Shown here one piece after another: positions 27,921 to 38,838 of a stretch of DNA of 64,000 bases. The notes under the pieces were generated by a model. The model searched no databases, was not told the DNA's origin, and worked only from the letters and a program-made list of their open reading frames with translations. This stretch comes from Candidatus Omnitrophota bacterium. Lineage in GTDB: Bacteria; Omnitrophota; Gorgyraeia; Gorgyraeales; Gorgyraeaceae. The position numbers were made by a program, and so were the translations under genes. The first letter of the stretch is position 1. Every line of letters starts with the position of its first letter. The DNA is taken from the NCBI GenBank assembly GCA_041653835.1, contig JBAZEP010000002.1, positions 19,061-83,060 on the forward strand, read 5' to 3'.

Positions 27921-30707
27921 TTAAAGATATTCTTTTAGATATTGTCCAGTAGACGATGACGGGATTTTTACTATCTCTTCGGGCGTGCCTGAGGCTGTTA
28001 TTTTTCCGCCTTCATCTCCGCCTCCCGGCCCCAGGTCTATTATATAGTCCGCGGACTTGATAACATCCAGGTTATGCTCTATTATCAAAACGCTGTTTCC
28101 CCCCTCCACAAGCGCGTGCAATACTCTGAGGAGTCTGTCTATGTCGGCGAAGTGCAGACCTGTGGTAGGCTCATCCAGTATATACAGGGTTTTGCCGGTG
28201 CCTATCTTGCTTAGTTCAGAGGCAAGTTTTACCCTTTGCGCTTCGCCTCCGGAAAGAGTGGTAGCGGATTGCCCGAGCTCCACATACCCGAGGCCTACAT
28301 CGTAAAGCGTCTTTAATTTCTGATATATCTGCGGGATATTCTTAAAAAGCTCCATTCCGTCTTCCACGGTCATTTCCAGCACATCCGCTATAGATTTTCC
28401 TTTATAGAGGACCTGCAGGGTCTCGTGGTTATACCGTTTCCCGGCGCATACCTCGCACGCCACAAAGACATCCGGCAGGAAATGCATTTCTATCTGTTTT
28501 ATCCCGTCTCCCTGGCATGCCTCGCACCTGCCTCCTTTTACGTTGAAGCTGAAACGCCCGGGCTTATACCCTCTCATCCTGGACTCGGGGAGCCTCGCGA
28601 ATATGTCCCTGATAAAAGAAAATACCCCGGTGTACGTAACCGGATTTGAACGCGGTGTCCTGCCTATAGGCGATTGGTCAACGACTATAACTTTATCTAT
28701 CTGCTCCGCGCCTTCAATAGCATCGTGGCTTCCGGGTTTTTCTTTTGACCCGTAAAGTTTTTTCGCGAGCGCATTGTACAGGATATCATCAACCATCGTG
28801 CTTTTGCCGGAACCGGACACCCCTGTAATGCACACAAAAAGCCCGAGAGGTATCGCGATATCTATATTTTTAAGGTTATGCTCCCTGGCATTTCTTATGA
28901 CAATAGATCTGCTTTTTACGGCTTTCCGTCTTTTCTTTGGGATACTTATCTTTAAATCCTTTCTCAGATAACTGCCGGTAAGAGATTCTTTGGAGCCGAT
29001 AATATCCTCTATCTTTCCTTTGGCGACTATGTACCCGCCGTGCTTTCCGGCCCCGGGGCCAAGGTCAACTATATAATCCGCGCTCCTTATCGTAGCCTCG
29101 TCATGCTCGACAACCACCAGTGTATTGCCGAGATCTCTCAATGCCTTAAGGGTATCAAGAAGCTTGGCATTATCTTTCTGGTGAAGCCCTATGCTCGGTT
29201 CATCCAGGACATAAAGCACGCCTGTAAGCCCCGCGCCTATCTGCGTCGCCAGCCTTATCCTCTGCGCCTCTCCGCCCGACAGGGTCGAACTGACCCTGTC
29301 CAGCGTAAGATAATCGAGGCCTACATTAGCCATAAATCCTAACCGTTCTTTTATTTCTTTCAATATCTGATGCGCTATCTTCTCCTGCGTATCCGTAAGT
29401 TTTATGCCGGAAAAAAACCTAGCGGCATCCCTGACCGAAAAACTTGAAACATCGCTTATAGATATATCGTTTATCTTTATAGAGAGCGCCTCTGGTCTCA
29501 GCCTTTTCCCTTTGCACTCAGGGCATACGGAAATAGTCGTGTATTTATTTATCTCCGCCCTCATGAATTCACTGTCCGTGTCTTTCAGCCTCCTTAATAA
29601 ATTAGGCACAACACCCTCGAAATGAACCCCTTGCTCTTTTCTGCTCGAACCAAAAAGTATGACATCCCTTATCTTTTTTGGGATATTATTAAAAGGCGTA
29701 TCTATATCAAATCCGTATTCCTGGCCCAGTTTTCTCAAAAGCCTTCTGTAATGAAGTATTATCCTCATGCCTCCGACGCGCCACGGCCTTATGGCTTCCC
29801 TTAAAGATTTTGTTTTATCCGGGATGACGGCGTCGGGATCTATATCCATTATCGTGCCTAATCCCGCACACGCCTGGCACGCCCCGTACGGACTGTTGAA
29901 GGAGAACATCCTTGGCTCTATCTCTTCATAACTTACCCCGCATTCCGGGCAGGAATATAATTCGCTGAAAAGCTCGTCTTCTTTGGTATCGAGCATGGAA
30001 GCAAGCATCAGGCCTTTTCCGGCTTTCAGCGCCGTCTCGACAGAATCAGCCAGCCTTTCCCTGACGCCTTTCTCGATCACCACCCTGTCCACCACGACCT
30101 CTATATTGTGGTTTTTGTATTTATCCAATTTTATCTTCTCGTCCAATGAGATTATGGCTCCGTCCAGCCTTATCCTCGCGAAACCCTGTTTTTTCAGCTC
30201 GCTGAACAGGCTGAGATATTCGCCCTTTCTGCCCCTTACCACAGGCGCGAGTATTAATATGGACGAACCCGCGGGATACCTCAAGAGCCTGTCTATTATC
30301 TCATCCTGGCTCTGTCGTTTTATTTCCCGTCCGCATTTATAACAATAAGGTTTTCCGGCGCGGGCAAAAAGGAGCCTCAGGTAATCATATATCTCCGTGG
30401 TTGTCCCGACCGTGGAACGGGGGTTGCCTCCGGCCTTCCTCTGCTCAATAGAGATAGCCGGGGATAAACCTTCTATGTGTTCCACGTTGGGCTTTTCGAG
30501 CTGTTCCAGGAACTGCCTCGCGTAAGCGGACAAACTCTCGACATACCTGCGCTGGCCCTCGGCGTATATCGTATCAAAGGCAAGCGAAGATTTTCCCGAT
30601 CCGCTCAAGCCGGTAATTACCACCAGCTTATTCCTCGGTATCTCAAGATTTATATTCTTGAGATTATGTTCCTTTGCCCCGAATATCTTAATAAACCCTT
30701 CTTCCAT
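27921..30707 (-). CDS. uvrA: Excinuclease ABC subunit A
   Basis: 928 aa, two ABC ATPase modules ([23 protein letters not shown]), zinc fingers. Confidence 0.93.
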   Translation of the reverse strand: MEEGFIKIFGAKEHNLKNINLEIPRNKLVVITGLSGSGKSSLAFDTIYAEGQRRYVESLSAYARQFLEQLEKPNVEHIEGLSPAISIEQRKAGGNPRSTVGTTTEIYDYLRLLFARAGKPYCYKCGREIKRQSQDEIIDRLLRYPAGSSILILAPVVRGRKGEYLSLFSELKKQGFARIRLDGAIISLDEKIKLDKYKNHNIEVVVDRVVIEKGVRERLADSVETALKAGKGLMLASMLDTKEDELFSELYSCPECGVSYEEIEPRMFSFNSPYGACQACAGLGTIMDIDPDAVIPDKTKSLREAIRPWRVGGMRIILHYRRLLRKLGQEYGFDIDTPFNNIPKKIRDVILFGSSRKEQGVHFEGVVPNLLRRLKDTDSEFMRAEINKYTTISVCPECKGKRLRPEALSIKINDISISDVSSFSVRDAARFFSGIKLTDTQEKIAHQILKEIKERLGFMANVGLDYLTLDRVSSTLSGGEAQRIRLATQIGAGLTGVLYVLDEPSIGLHQKDNAKLLDTLKALRDLGNTLVVVEHDEATIRSADYIVDLGPGAGKHGGYIVAKGKIEDIIGSKESLTGSYLRKDLKISIPKKRRKAVKSRSIVIRNAREHNLKNIDIAIPLGLFVCITGVSGSGKSTMVDDILYNALAKKLYGSKEKPGSHDAIEGAEQIDKVIVVDQSPIGRTPRSNPVTYTGVFSFIRDIFARLPESRMRGYKPGRFSFNVKGGRCEACQGDGIKQIEMHFLPDVFVACEVCAGKRYNHETLQVLYKGKSIADVLEMTVEDGMELFKNIPQIYQKLKTLYDVGLGYVELGQSATTLSGGEAQRVKLASELSKIGTGKTLYILDEPTTGLHFADIDRLLRVLHALVEGGNSVLIIEHNLDVIKSADYIIDLGPGGGDEGGKITASGTPEEIVKIPSSSTGQYLKEYL

Positions 30708-30758
30708 TACCTTCTCCTCTAATGTTACATTTCAGTAGGGGCACGGCATGCCGTGCCC

Positions 30759-32027
30759 CTACGATAAGCGGCTTATGATTGATGCAAAGACCGTAGCGGT
30801 ATCCACGAGACTGCTGATATATACAAACTCATCATCGCTGTGCCATTTTTCCCCGCCTGACGCGCTGTAACCCAGGGCAGGCACGCCTTTCCACATGAAG
30901 TACCGCATGTCAGTAGCGCCTGGCATTACGCTGAACTCTGTTTTTTTGCCTGTCACAGATTCCACGGCATCCGCCGCTATTTTGAAAAACGCGCTATCCT
31001 TCCCTGACACAACAGGCCCTTCCTGCGAAACAAATTTTATTCCGGCTTTCGAATCCCTGTATTTCGCGTTGAATTTTTTTATCACACCTTCTATTTCCCT
31101 TCTCGCTGTTTTTATATCTTCCTCGGGTATCAGGCGCCGGTCTATGCTGAATTTTACAACGCCCGGAACCACGTTTACCTTTACGCCCCCTTCCATGAGC
31201 CCACCCATGACAAAAGTCGGGCTTTTTGAAACAACGTCCCGCATATTATACCGCGTCCTCCTTCTTACTATCTTGCTTTTCAATTTTTCCAGTTCATTCA
31301 CCAGCTTGTTCATTCTCTCGAAAGAGTTTACCCCTTTATGAGGCGTAGAGCCATGTGCTGACTTGCCTTTGATCTCCACCTCCGCCCATAAAACGCCTTT
31401 ATTCCCTATCGAGATACAATGCCCCGAATAACCTTCGCTCATCGCGTAATCCGCTTTTACTAACCCTCTTTCCACCAGGTACCCGAGCCCTGTCCTCCCG
31501 CCTATCTCCTCGTCAGGCGTAAAAGAAAGCTGTATGTTTACTCTTAGCTTTATGCCGCGCTCTTTCAACGCCCTTAACGCGAACAATACGCTCGCGATGT
31601 TCCCCTTCATGTCTTCGGAACCGCGGCCATAGACCCTGTTGCCTTCCACTGTAGCCTTAAACGGCTCGCGCTTCCATTTATCTGTCGCCGGCACCACGTC
31701 ATAATGGGAGTTTATATGAAAAATTTTCTTTGCCCCGGCGTTAAGATCAGCTACCAGGCTTACTCTTTTCGAGCCGCCTTTTACCCCGAATTTTTCGAGC
31801 ACATATCCGGGCGTGGCATATTTCCTGGTAACGAATCCCAGCTTTTTACATTCTTTTTCGAGAAGCTCCGCCATCTTTTCGTAATTCTCCCCGGGCGGGT
31901 TCACTGTGCGTATCTCGATAAGCCTTGAAAGCAGATTTACCGCGTATTTTTTATTCTTATTTAAATAATCCGCTATATCACATACCATGCCGCTCTCCTT
32001 TTCATCTCTCCAGCTCATTTGCCTCAT
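30759..32027 (-). CDS. M20 family metallopeptidase (ArgE/DapE-like)
   Basis: M20 metal-binding motifs (HYDVVP, GSEDMKG, dimerisation domain). Confidence 0.75.
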   Translation of the reverse strand: MRQMSWRDEKESGMVCDIADYLNKNKKYAVNLLSRLIEIRTVNPPGENYEKMAELLEKECKKLGFVTRKYATPGYVLEKFGVKGGSKRVSLVADLNAGAKKIFHINSHYDVVPATDKWKREPFKATVEGNRVYGRGSEDMKGNIASVLFALRALKERGIKLRVNIQLSFTPDEEIGGRTGLGYLVERGLVKADYAMSEGYSGHCISIGNKGVLWAEVEIKGKSAHGSTPHKGVNSFERMNKLVNELEKLKSKIVRRRTRYNMRDVVSKSPTFVMGGLMEGGVKVNVVPGVVKFSIDRRLIPEEDIKTARREIEGVIKKFNAKYRDSKAGIKFVSQEGPVVSGKDSAFFKIAADAVESVTGKKTEFSVMPGATDMRYFMWKGVPALGYSASGGEKWHSDDEFVYISSLVDTATVFASIISRLS

Positions 32028-33972
32028 TATATTCCACCCCGGCTTTTTTTAAAAACCCTTTTTGCTTATAGATATCCCCTAAGAGCCTGTGCGCCGACGC
32101 GCTGTAAGGATCCAATGCCAGGTATTTCTCGAACTGCCTCATCGCTCTTACGATATCTCCTTTTTCAAGATACACAAGGCCGAGCATATAAGAGGCCCGT
32201 CTCAGATACGGGTCCAGCCTGGCTGATTTTTCCAAAAACACCAAACCCTCTTCCCTGTTCCCCGAACGCAGATACAGCGCGCCTTTATTGCAGTAAAGCT
32301 CGGCTGAGGCGGGATAGCGTTCCAAAAATTTATTTATAAGGCTGAGCGCCTCGTTAAACCTTCCGGTATTGATATAGATAACCGCGAGATTGTTGCCCGC
32401 TTCTAAAAATCCCGGCGTGGATTCCAGGAGCTTTATATAAATATCTTCCGCTATTTTTACCTCCCCTATCTTTTCGAAAAAACCCGCTATGCTCAGCGCC
32501 TCATCCGGCTTTTCTATTTTTTTTCCGCTGAAATCCAGCCGGAGGGAAGGATCGCGCAGGAACAGGGCGGAACCCCTGTCATAATATGCCAGCGCCCATT
32601 CCTTGCTGTTGTATAAATACCTCAATAACCGCTCTGTGCCGCTGAATGCATGCCTCACCAGCGCTATATCGAAACCGTATTTCGCCCGGAGCGCTTCCCA
32701 TTCGGCGGGATAATTATGCGCCCTCCGGTACAGCCTGTAAAAATCATACTTATACAATTCCGTCCTCGCGTCTATAAAAATTCTTTTTTCCGGATAAAAC
32801 CTGTAGGCGATATAGTGCCCGAAATCAATACTATTGAACATGCGGCCTTTTATATTTTTGGCTTTGAGAAAATCGCATGCCCCGGACGGCGTCAAAATTT
32901 CCGTAACCCCGGATCCTGTTTTCCTGAATGATGACTGCTTTGTAAATACATAATATTTGTCGGAGATGAAGAAATATACAGCTGCCAGGGTAGCCGCGAG
33001 GGCAACGGCATAATATTTCCTGTCGGATATGTTTTTAGTGATGCCGGCCTCGTTCAGGTTAATGGCGGATACGGGCATGGCTATAAATATAAATACAGGC
33101 ATATTCCTTATCGCCGCGTAAGAAGCTATGAATGCGCCCAGGAATACAAGGACGTGGCGCATCCTGGCTTTACTAAGATTGATGAGGAATGTAACGCTGG
33201 AAAGGGCTGCCAGCGCCCAGAAAAAAACATACCTGCCGAAACTTACATTGACAGGCATTATCAATTCATGTATATCCCGGCTCCAGCCTTTCTGTCCGGT
33301 AAAAATATCCGTCAGTATTTTTACCGGATAGGACGCGCCTTTATAAAAATAAGGATTTACAAGGCATGCCAGGCTTACCAGGCATAATATCACGGCTAAT
33401 TTTTTAACCCTGGCGGTATCTCCCGAGATAAGTTCTCCGGCTAAATATAAAACCACCAGGATAGGGCCCAATATAAAATACCCGTGCAGATTCACCCATA
33501 AAACCTGCAGGAACGGCAGCAGGAACAGTTTCTTTTCGTTTTCGAGTATACAGAAAAACAGGCATAGCAGGAGATAGGAAAATATTTCGGGCCTCGCGAA
33601 CGAGCGGTAGCCGAACGCGAGCACGGAAAACAATATCAGAAATACCGCATAACCGGATTTTTTGTATTTAAAAATTATGAAAAATAAAAGGATGAAAAAG
33701 CATAAAGATATGACGCCGGCCTTGAGCAGGTTTATGCCAAGCCAGCCGGATTTCTCGAAAACAACGTAGAATAAAACCTGCGAGAGCCATTCGTGATCCA
33801 CCCAGGGCTGGTTTTCCAGCGTATAGGAAAAAATATCCGTACGCGGGACATCCAGATTTTTTACGATATATTCGCCGGTCTTGAGATGACACCATATATC
33901 TGCGTCAACCACGGTATTTATCTGGGATATGACAATAAGCGCAAAAAGCAGGATTAAAACCAGGGGTCGCAT
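32002..33972 (-). CDS. Polytopic membrane protein with C-terminal TPR repeats (paralogous architecture to 9304..11268)
   Basis: Hydrophobic N-terminal region of about 300 aa then TPR repeats (AELYCNKGALYLRSGN, YMLGLVYLEKGD). Confidence 0.6.
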   Translation of the reverse strand: MRPLVLILLFALIVISQINTVVDADIWCHLKTGEYIVKNLDVPRTDIFSYTLENQPWVDHEWLSQVLFYVVFEKSGWLGINLLKAGVISLCFFILLFFIIFKYKKSGYAVFLILFSVLAFGYRSFARPEIFSYLLLCLFFCILENEKKLFLLPFLQVLWVNLHGYFILGPILVVLYLAGELISGDTARVKKLAVILCLVSLACLVNPYFYKGASYPVKILTDIFTGQKGWSRDIHELIMPVNVSFGRYVFFWALAALSSVTFLINLSKARMRHVLVFLGAFIASYAAIRNMPVFIFIAMPVSAINLNEAGITKNISDRKYYAVALAATLAAVYFFISDKYYVFTKQSSFRKTGSGVTEILTPSGACDFLKAKNIKGRMFNSIDFGHYIAYRFYPEKRIFIDARTELYKYDFYRLYRRAHNYPAEWEALRAKYGFDIALVRHAFSGTERLLRYLYNSKEWALAYYDRGSALFLRDPSLRLDFSGKKIEKPDEALSIAGFFEKIGEVKIAEDIYIKLLESTPGFLEAGNNLAVIYINTGRFNEALSLINKFLERYPASAELYCNKGALYLRSGNREEGLVFLEKSARLDPYLRRASYMLGLVYLEKGDIVRAMRQFEKYLALDPYSASAHRLLGDIYKQKGFLKKAGVEYNEANELER

Positions 33973-34003
33973 CGATTGAATTGGGGTTATTGTAGATTTC
34001 GGA

Positions 34004-34041
34004 GTCCCGCCCCGCCGACATTCTAGCGGCGGGGACGGGAC
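34004..34041. promoter_or_regulatory. GC-rich hairpin (14 bp stem) in the intergenic region
   Basis: gtcccgccccgccg-acattcta-gcggcggggacgggac. Confidence 0.4.
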
Positions 34042-34055
34042 ACGAATTGGATCTT

Positions 34056-34178
34056 TTATCTTTTTTTCTTTTTCTTTCCGCCGCGAGCCATCTTCGCTCT
34101 GGAGATATCTCCGTGCTTATCAATGAAATAAAGATATCCCTTTACTTTCTTTACTCCGCATTTCATTACTTTTTCCAT
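34056..34178 (-). CDS. Small basic protein (40 aa), not in ORF track: MEKVMKCGVKKVKGYLYFIDKHGDISRAKMARGGKKKKKR
   Basis: Strong SD (gagggagggggtga) 7 nt upstream of ATG; lysine-rich C-terminus; family not recognised. Confidence 0.45.
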   Translation of the reverse strand: MEKVMKCGVKKVKGYLYFIDKHGDISRAKMARGGKKKKKR

Positions 34179-34212
34179 TCCTGATCACCCCCTCCCTCTT
34201 TAGGATTTTAAC

Positions 34213-35001
34213 TCAAACAATTTCTTTTAACTTCGCGATCGCGGAAAATATAGCTAATCCGCTTGTCTTCGGATTAGCCCTGGACGGCACATTCTCGGTC
34301 TTTGTCCAGAGCCTTCCGAACTCGCCTATAACTTCTACCTCATGGATATTCTTAGTATATTCAGGGGAAGTAAATATCTTTACATGTGTCAGGTCCGCCC
34401 CCAGGCCGTATATGCTCAGCGTAACAGCCACGTTTATATTCTGCGGAAAGTATTTTATCGCCTCTCGCGCGGTGCCGGAATACAAAAGGGTTTCCCTGTC
34501 TATCTTTTCTATATCTATGTTTTTTTCTTTCAGATACGGCGAGCCCGCCAGGCCTTTTAACGGTTTTCTGGTGATGAGGGTAACGCTGGTTACCGTGCCT
34601 GCCATCGCGGACTTTAATCCATCCAGGCCGCATATGGCACCGCTGGGGATATGTATGCCTGAACTGCCTGCTTTTATCTTTTCGATAATGCCCTCTTTTT
34701 TCAAAAGCCCGCCCGTACTCATGATAAGCGCGTCTTTTTTCAGGGAATCCGCCTTTTCCGCCACATCCCCGGAAACAGCGGGGGACGCCGCTTCTATTAT
34801 CAGGTCCGCTTTATTTATCAATTCGTCTATCGTAGTTACGCGGGGCGCGGGCTTTATTTTCCCAGAAAGCTCTTTTGCCTTCCCGTCGTCTATGTCGGAA
34901 AGAAACGCCACTTCCGATATATCCCTGAGATTAGCGGATATGTATTCCGCTATCTGCGAGCCCATGGCGCCGCATCCTATAATCCCTATCTTCTTTTTCA
35001 T
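34213..35001 (-). CDS. nadX: L-aspartate dehydrogenase NadX
   Basis: MKKKIGIIGCGAMG Rossmann start, about 260 aa, adjacent to nadA. Confidence 0.75.
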   Translation of the reverse strand: MKKKIGIIGCGAMGSQIAEYISANLRDISEVAFLSDIDDGKAKELSGKIKPAPRVTTIDELINKADLIIEAASPAVSGDVAEKADSLKKDALIMSTGGLLKKEGIIEKIKAGSSGIHIPSGAICGLDGLKSAMAGTVTSVTLITRKPLKGLAGSPYLKEKNIDIEKIDRETLLYSGTAREAIKYFPQNINVAVTLSIYGLGADLTHVKIFTSPEYTKNIHEVEVIGEFGRLWTKTENVPSRANPKTSGLAIFSAIAKLKEIV

Positions 35002-35002
35002 A

Positions 35003-35986
35003 TCAATAACCTGTCAGAGCGACGCCTGATTTTTCTCCCGAAACCTTTAACATGCGTTCCAGCGCCTTATGGGCTTTATCCCTTATTCCGCCTTCTATCT
35101 TTACCACATGCTCCATTGCCTCGAGCGAATGAGCGACCCATCCTAATGTAGTTAACTTCATCGTAGGGCAGATCAACCTGTCTGTAGCCATATAAAATTT
35201 TTTGCCTGGATTATCTTTTCTTAGCCTGTAAAGCATACCGGATTCGGTCGCTATGATAAATTCCTTTGATTTGGATAATTTGACATAACTGAACATGCCG
35301 CCCGTCGAGCAGATATGGTCGCTTACGCCCAGTACATCGGGATTGCACTCGGGATGCGCGACGATCTCGGCATCAGGATGGGCTTTCTTTACTTTCAATA
35401 CCTCTTCCTTTGAAACCCTTATATGAGTGGGGCAGAACCCGTCCCACAGGATTATTTTCTTGTCAGGAGTATGCTGCTGGACGTATCTTCCGAGGTTTTT
35501 ATCCGGGATGAATATGACCTCTTTGTGATCTTTGAGTGATTTGACGATCTGTATGGCATTCGAGGATGTGCAGCAGATATCGCTCTCCGCCTTTATCGCC
35601 GCGGAAGAATTCACATAACAGACTATGGCCGCGTCCGGGTGTTTCTTCTTCTTTTCCCTCAACCGCTCGACACTGACCATATCCGCCATGGGGCAGCCCG
35701 CCTCTTTGACAGGCAAAAGCACTATCTTGTCCGGGTTGAGTATGGACGCGCTCTCCGCCATGAAATCCACGCCGCAAAAAACAATGACCTTCGCGTCCGC
35801 TTTTACGGCCGCCTGGCTCAATGCCAGGGAATCCCCGCTTATGTCGGCTATGTCCTGGACCTCGTCACGCTGGTAATTATGTACTATTATAACGGCGTGT
35901 TTTTCCTTTTTAAGCCTGGCTATTTTTTTCTTGAGGTTTTCTTTATACTTCAGGTCGTCTTCTTTTTTGTATGGATGAGTTGTCAT
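35003..35986 (-). CDS. nadA: Quinolinate synthase NadA
   Basis: Fe-S cysteines, triplicated NadA fold motifs ([11 protein letters not shown]..). Confidence 0.88.
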   Translation of the reverse strand: MTTHPYKKEDDLKYKENLKKKIARLKKEKHAVIIVHNYQRDEVQDIADISGDSLALSQAAVKADAKVIVFCGVDFMAESASILNPDKIVLLPVKEAGCPMADMVSVERLREKKKKHPDAAIVCYVNSSAAIKAESDICCTSSNAIQIVKSLKDHKEVIFIPDKNLGRYVQQHTPDKKIILWDGFCPTHIRVSKEEVLKVKKAHPDAEIVAHPECNPDVLGVSDHICSTGGMFSYVKLSKSKEFIIATESGMLYRLRKDNPGKKFYMATDRLICPTMKLTTLGWVAHSLEAMEHVVKIEGGIRDKAHKALERMLKVSGEKSGVALTGY

Positions 35987-35989
35987 GTG

Positions 35990-36349
35990 TTACTTCTTCC
36001 TGACAATTTTATTGCCGGTATTCACAAAAATAACCCTGGGCTTGAATCCCGCCACGTCTTTTGTTTCCATCATGATATAAGAAATTATAAGCACCCTGTC
36101 CCCGGGCAAAGCCCACCGGGCCGCCCCGCCGTTCATGCAGATGGTGCCCGACCCTTTCTTGCCCGCTATTACATAAGTCTCTACCCGGCTGCCGTTATTA
36201 AGATTCACTATCTGCACGCGTTCGTTGGGCATAATATCCGCAGCCTTCAGCAGATCCTCATCTATGGTTATACTGCCGACATACTCGAGGTTCGCCTCCG
36301 TGACTATGGCGCCCTGTATCTTTGATTTATAAACGGTCCTGAACATCAT
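35990..36349 (-). CDS. panD: Aspartate 1-decarboxylase PanD
   Basis: MFRTVYKSKIQGAIVTEANLEYVGSITID with Gly-Ser self-cleavage site. Confidence 0.9.
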   Translation of the reverse strand: MMFRTVYKSKIQGAIVTEANLEYVGSITIDEDLLKAADIMPNERVQIVNLNNGSRVETYVIAGKKGSGTICMNGGAARWALPGDRVLIISYIMMETKDVAGFKPRVIFVNTGNKIVRKK

Positions 36350-36382
36350 ATATCCATGCTCCTCTCATTTCAACAACTGTGC

Positions 36383-37237
36383 TCAAGACCGGGCCTTGAG
36401 CACAAGATTATCGATCAACCTTGTTTTTCCTATCCAGACAGCTATCGCGGCCAGCGCTTCGCTTGTGATATTTTTCATGTCTTTCAATTCTTTCATATCC
36501 ACTATTTTCACGTAATCTATCTTCGCCTCTTTAGCGCCTCCTATGGCCCGCCTGATTTCAGCGATTATTTTTCCGGCATTCCTTTCGCCGTTATCGAACA
36601 AAGCCTCCGCGAGTTTTAAAGATCTATAGATCGAAAGCGCCTGGACGCGCTCCTCATGGTTCAAATAGACATTTCTCGAACTCATGGCAAGGCCGTCCTT
36701 TTCGCGGACAATAGGCATGACCTTTATTTTCACTGCCATATTAAGGTCATGTACCATTCTTTTTATTACAATCGCCTGCTGCGCGTCCTTTTGGCCGAAA
36801 TAAGCTAAATCGGGCATTGTAATGTTAAAAAGCTTTGCCACGACAGTAGCCACGCCCTTGAAGTGGCCCGGCCTGTAAGCGCCGCACAATGTATCCGTGA
36901 TCTTTTCCACGTTCACATAAGTGACGTAACCCGCAGGATACATGTCTTTCGCTTCCGGGGCGAAAATAATATCAGCGCCTTCTTTTTCGCAAAGGGCGAT
37001 GTCCTTTTTCAAGTCCCTGGGATATCTTTTAAAATCCTCTTTGGGGCCGAATTGGGCGGGATTCACGAAAATACTGACAATAACGAAATCCGTATCTTTC
37101 GCAGCCTGCCGTATAAGGCTCGCGTGCCCCTCATGAAGAGCTCCCATGGTCGGGACAAGCCCTATTTTTTTACCGCATCCTTTTATCTTTTTGACTTCTC
37201 TTGCCAAAGAGCTTATATCTTTATATACCTTCATCAT
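36383..37237 (-). CDS. panC: Pantoate--beta-alanine ligase PanC
   Basis: LVPTMGALHEGHASLI HIGH-type motif. Confidence 0.9.
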   Translation of the reverse strand: MMKVYKDISSLAREVKKIKGCGKKIGLVPTMGALHEGHASLIRQAAKDTDFVIVSIFVNPAQFGPKEDFKRYPRDLKKDIALCEKEGADIIFAPEAKDMYPAGYVTYVNVEKITDTLCGAYRPGHFKGVATVVAKLFNITMPDLAYFGQKDAQQAIVIKRMVHDLNMAVKIKVMPIVREKDGLAMSSRNVYLNHEERVQALSIYRSLKLAEALFDNGERNAGKIIAEIRRAIGGAKEAKIDYVKIVDMKELKDMKNITSEALAAIAVWIGKTRLIDNLVLKARS

Positions 37238-37628
37238 ATATTTCTTTTAACGGCTTCATGACAAATTCCCGATCCCTCATCCTGGGATGCGGTATCTTCA
37301 GGCCTGGCTCGTCTATATTGTCTTCCCCATACAAGAGAATATCCAGATCTATCGTACGCGGAGCGTTCCTGACCGTCCTTATCCTGCCCAACTCTTTTTC
37401 TATATCCTGCAGCCTTGTAAGAAGCTCTCTTGGCTTGAGCCCGGTCTCTATTTCTATTGCCCCGTTCAGGTATCTGCCCTGCTTCGGCCCGCCTATTGGC
37501 TCTGTCTCATAGATACCGGAGACTTTTTTCACTTCGATACTACTTGTCTCCCTCAACTTATCGATCGCACTATCTATGTATTTCCGCCTATCACCCAGAT
37601 TTGAACCAATCCCTATATAACAACGCAT
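37221..37628 (-). CDS. folK: 2-amino-4-hydroxy-6-hydroxymethyldihydropteridine pyrophosphokinase FolK
   Basis: YIGIGSNLGD ... ETEPIGGP ... IDLDILLYG. Confidence 0.88.
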   Translation of the reverse strand: MRCYIGIGSNLGDRRKYIDSAIDKLRETSSIEVKKVSGIYETEPIGGPKQGRYLNGAIEIETGLKPRELLTRLQDIEKELGRIRTVRNAPRTIDLDILLYGEDNIDEPGLKIPHPRMRDREFVMKPLKEIYDEGI

Positions 37629-37632
37629 ATCC

Positions 37633-37670
37633 TAAGGTAAGATTTCTGACAGTGTCAAAAATCTTACCTA
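37633..37670. repeat. REP-like intercistronic palindrome (taaggtaagatttcTGACAgTGTCAaaaatcttaccta)
   Basis: 17/18 bp inverted arms around TGACA-g-TGTCA; fills the dapL-stop/folK-start gap. Confidence 0.65.
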
Positions 37671-38834
37671 AAGCACCTTTTTCAGCCTCTCGACCGCTTC
37701 CCGTATCCTTTCTTTGGAAACAGTGAGCGCGAACCTTACATAGCCTTCGCCGTTCTCCCCGAAACCTATACCCGGGGTAATTATGATGTCCGCGCCATCG
37801 AGAACCGACTGGGCGAATTTAATGGATGATCTTTGCTTGCCTGGCAATTTCGCCCATACATAGAATGTGGCTTTTGGTTTCTTTACCGGCCATCCCAATC
37901 TATTCAATCCGTCCACCAGCTCATCCCTTCTTTCCTGGTACACATTATTCATTCTCTCGAGATGCTTATCCGCTATATCAAGGGCGGTGACCCCCGCGGC
38001 CTGGACAGCGTTAAACACCCCGGAATCCACATTCGATTTTACCCTGGCTATGCCGCTTATGATCTTCTCGTTGCCGCAGGCAAAACCTACGCGCCAGCCT
38101 GTCATATTACAGGTTTTCGAAAGCGAATGGAATTCCACCCCTGTCTCCATGGCGCCGCTGGCTTTCAAAAAGCTATCAGGCCTGTAGCCATCGAACGCCA
38201 CCTCGGAATAAGCAGCGTCGGATGCTACCATGAGATTATATTTTTTGGCGAAAAGGACAACATCTTCAAAAAAACCTTTTTCACAGGTAGCGGCTGTAGG
38301 ATTATTGGGGTAGTTTATATAAATGACTTTCGCTTTTTTGAGCGCGGATTTTTTTATGCTGTTCAGGTCAGGCAGGAAGTTATTCTCTTCTTTTAAAGGC
38401 ATCAGGCAAGGTACGCCTCCCGCCAGTATAGTCCCGCCTTTATACGGAGGATAACACGGGTCAGGGACAAGTGAAATATCCCCGGGGTTAACGAACGCGA
38501 GCGGCATATGGCTTATGCCTTCTTTCGAACCTATGAGAGGCAGTATCTCTTTCTCCGGATCCAGGCTGACGCCGAACCTTTCCCTGTACCACGACGCGAT
38601 CCTCTCCCTGAAAACAGAATTGCCCTGGTCCAGAGGATAATGATGATTTTTCGGGTCCTGGACAGCTTTATAAAGAGATTCTATCACCTCTTTGGGCGTA
38701 GGTTCGTCAGGGTCTCCTATACCGAGATCTATAATGTCGCGGCCCTGAGCGGCCGCCTGTCTCTTTGCCTTATCTATTTCCACAAAAAGATAAGGAGGAA
38801 GCTTATTTAATCTTTTACTGAAATCAAAATTCAT
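37668..38834 (-). CDS. dapL: LL-diaminopimelate aminotransferase (class I aminotransferase, DapL-like)
   Basis: N-terminal LNKLPPYLFVEIDKAKRQ motif typical of DapL; PLP-lysine region; sits in the dap/lys cluster. Confidence 0.7.
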   Translation of the reverse strand: MNFDFSKRLNKLPPYLFVEIDKAKRQAAAQGRDIIDLGIGDPDEPTPKEVIESLYKAVQDPKNHHYPLDQGNSVFRERIASWYRERFGVSLDPEKEILPLIGSKEGISHMPLAFVNPGDISLVPDPCYPPYKGGTILAGGVPCLMPLKEENNFLPDLNSIKKSALKKAKVIYINYPNNPTAATCEKGFFEDVVLFAKKYNLMVASDAAYSEVAFDGYRPDSFLKASGAMETGVEFHSLSKTCNMTGWRVGFACGNEKIISGIARVKSNVDSGVFNAVQAAGVTALDIADKHLERMNNVYQERRDELVDGLNRLGWPVKKPKATFYVWAKLPGKQRSSIKFAQSVLDGADIIITPGIGFGENGEGYVRFALTVSKERIREAVERLKKVL

Positions 38835-38838
38835 TTTT

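Noticed and set aside
33668-34123. ORFs 33668..33895 and 33905..34123 as genes
   Set aside because: One lies inside or antisense-frame to the TPR-membrane gene. The other is read from a GC-rich hairpin region in a different frame from the better-supported 40-codon ORF, and has no RBS.
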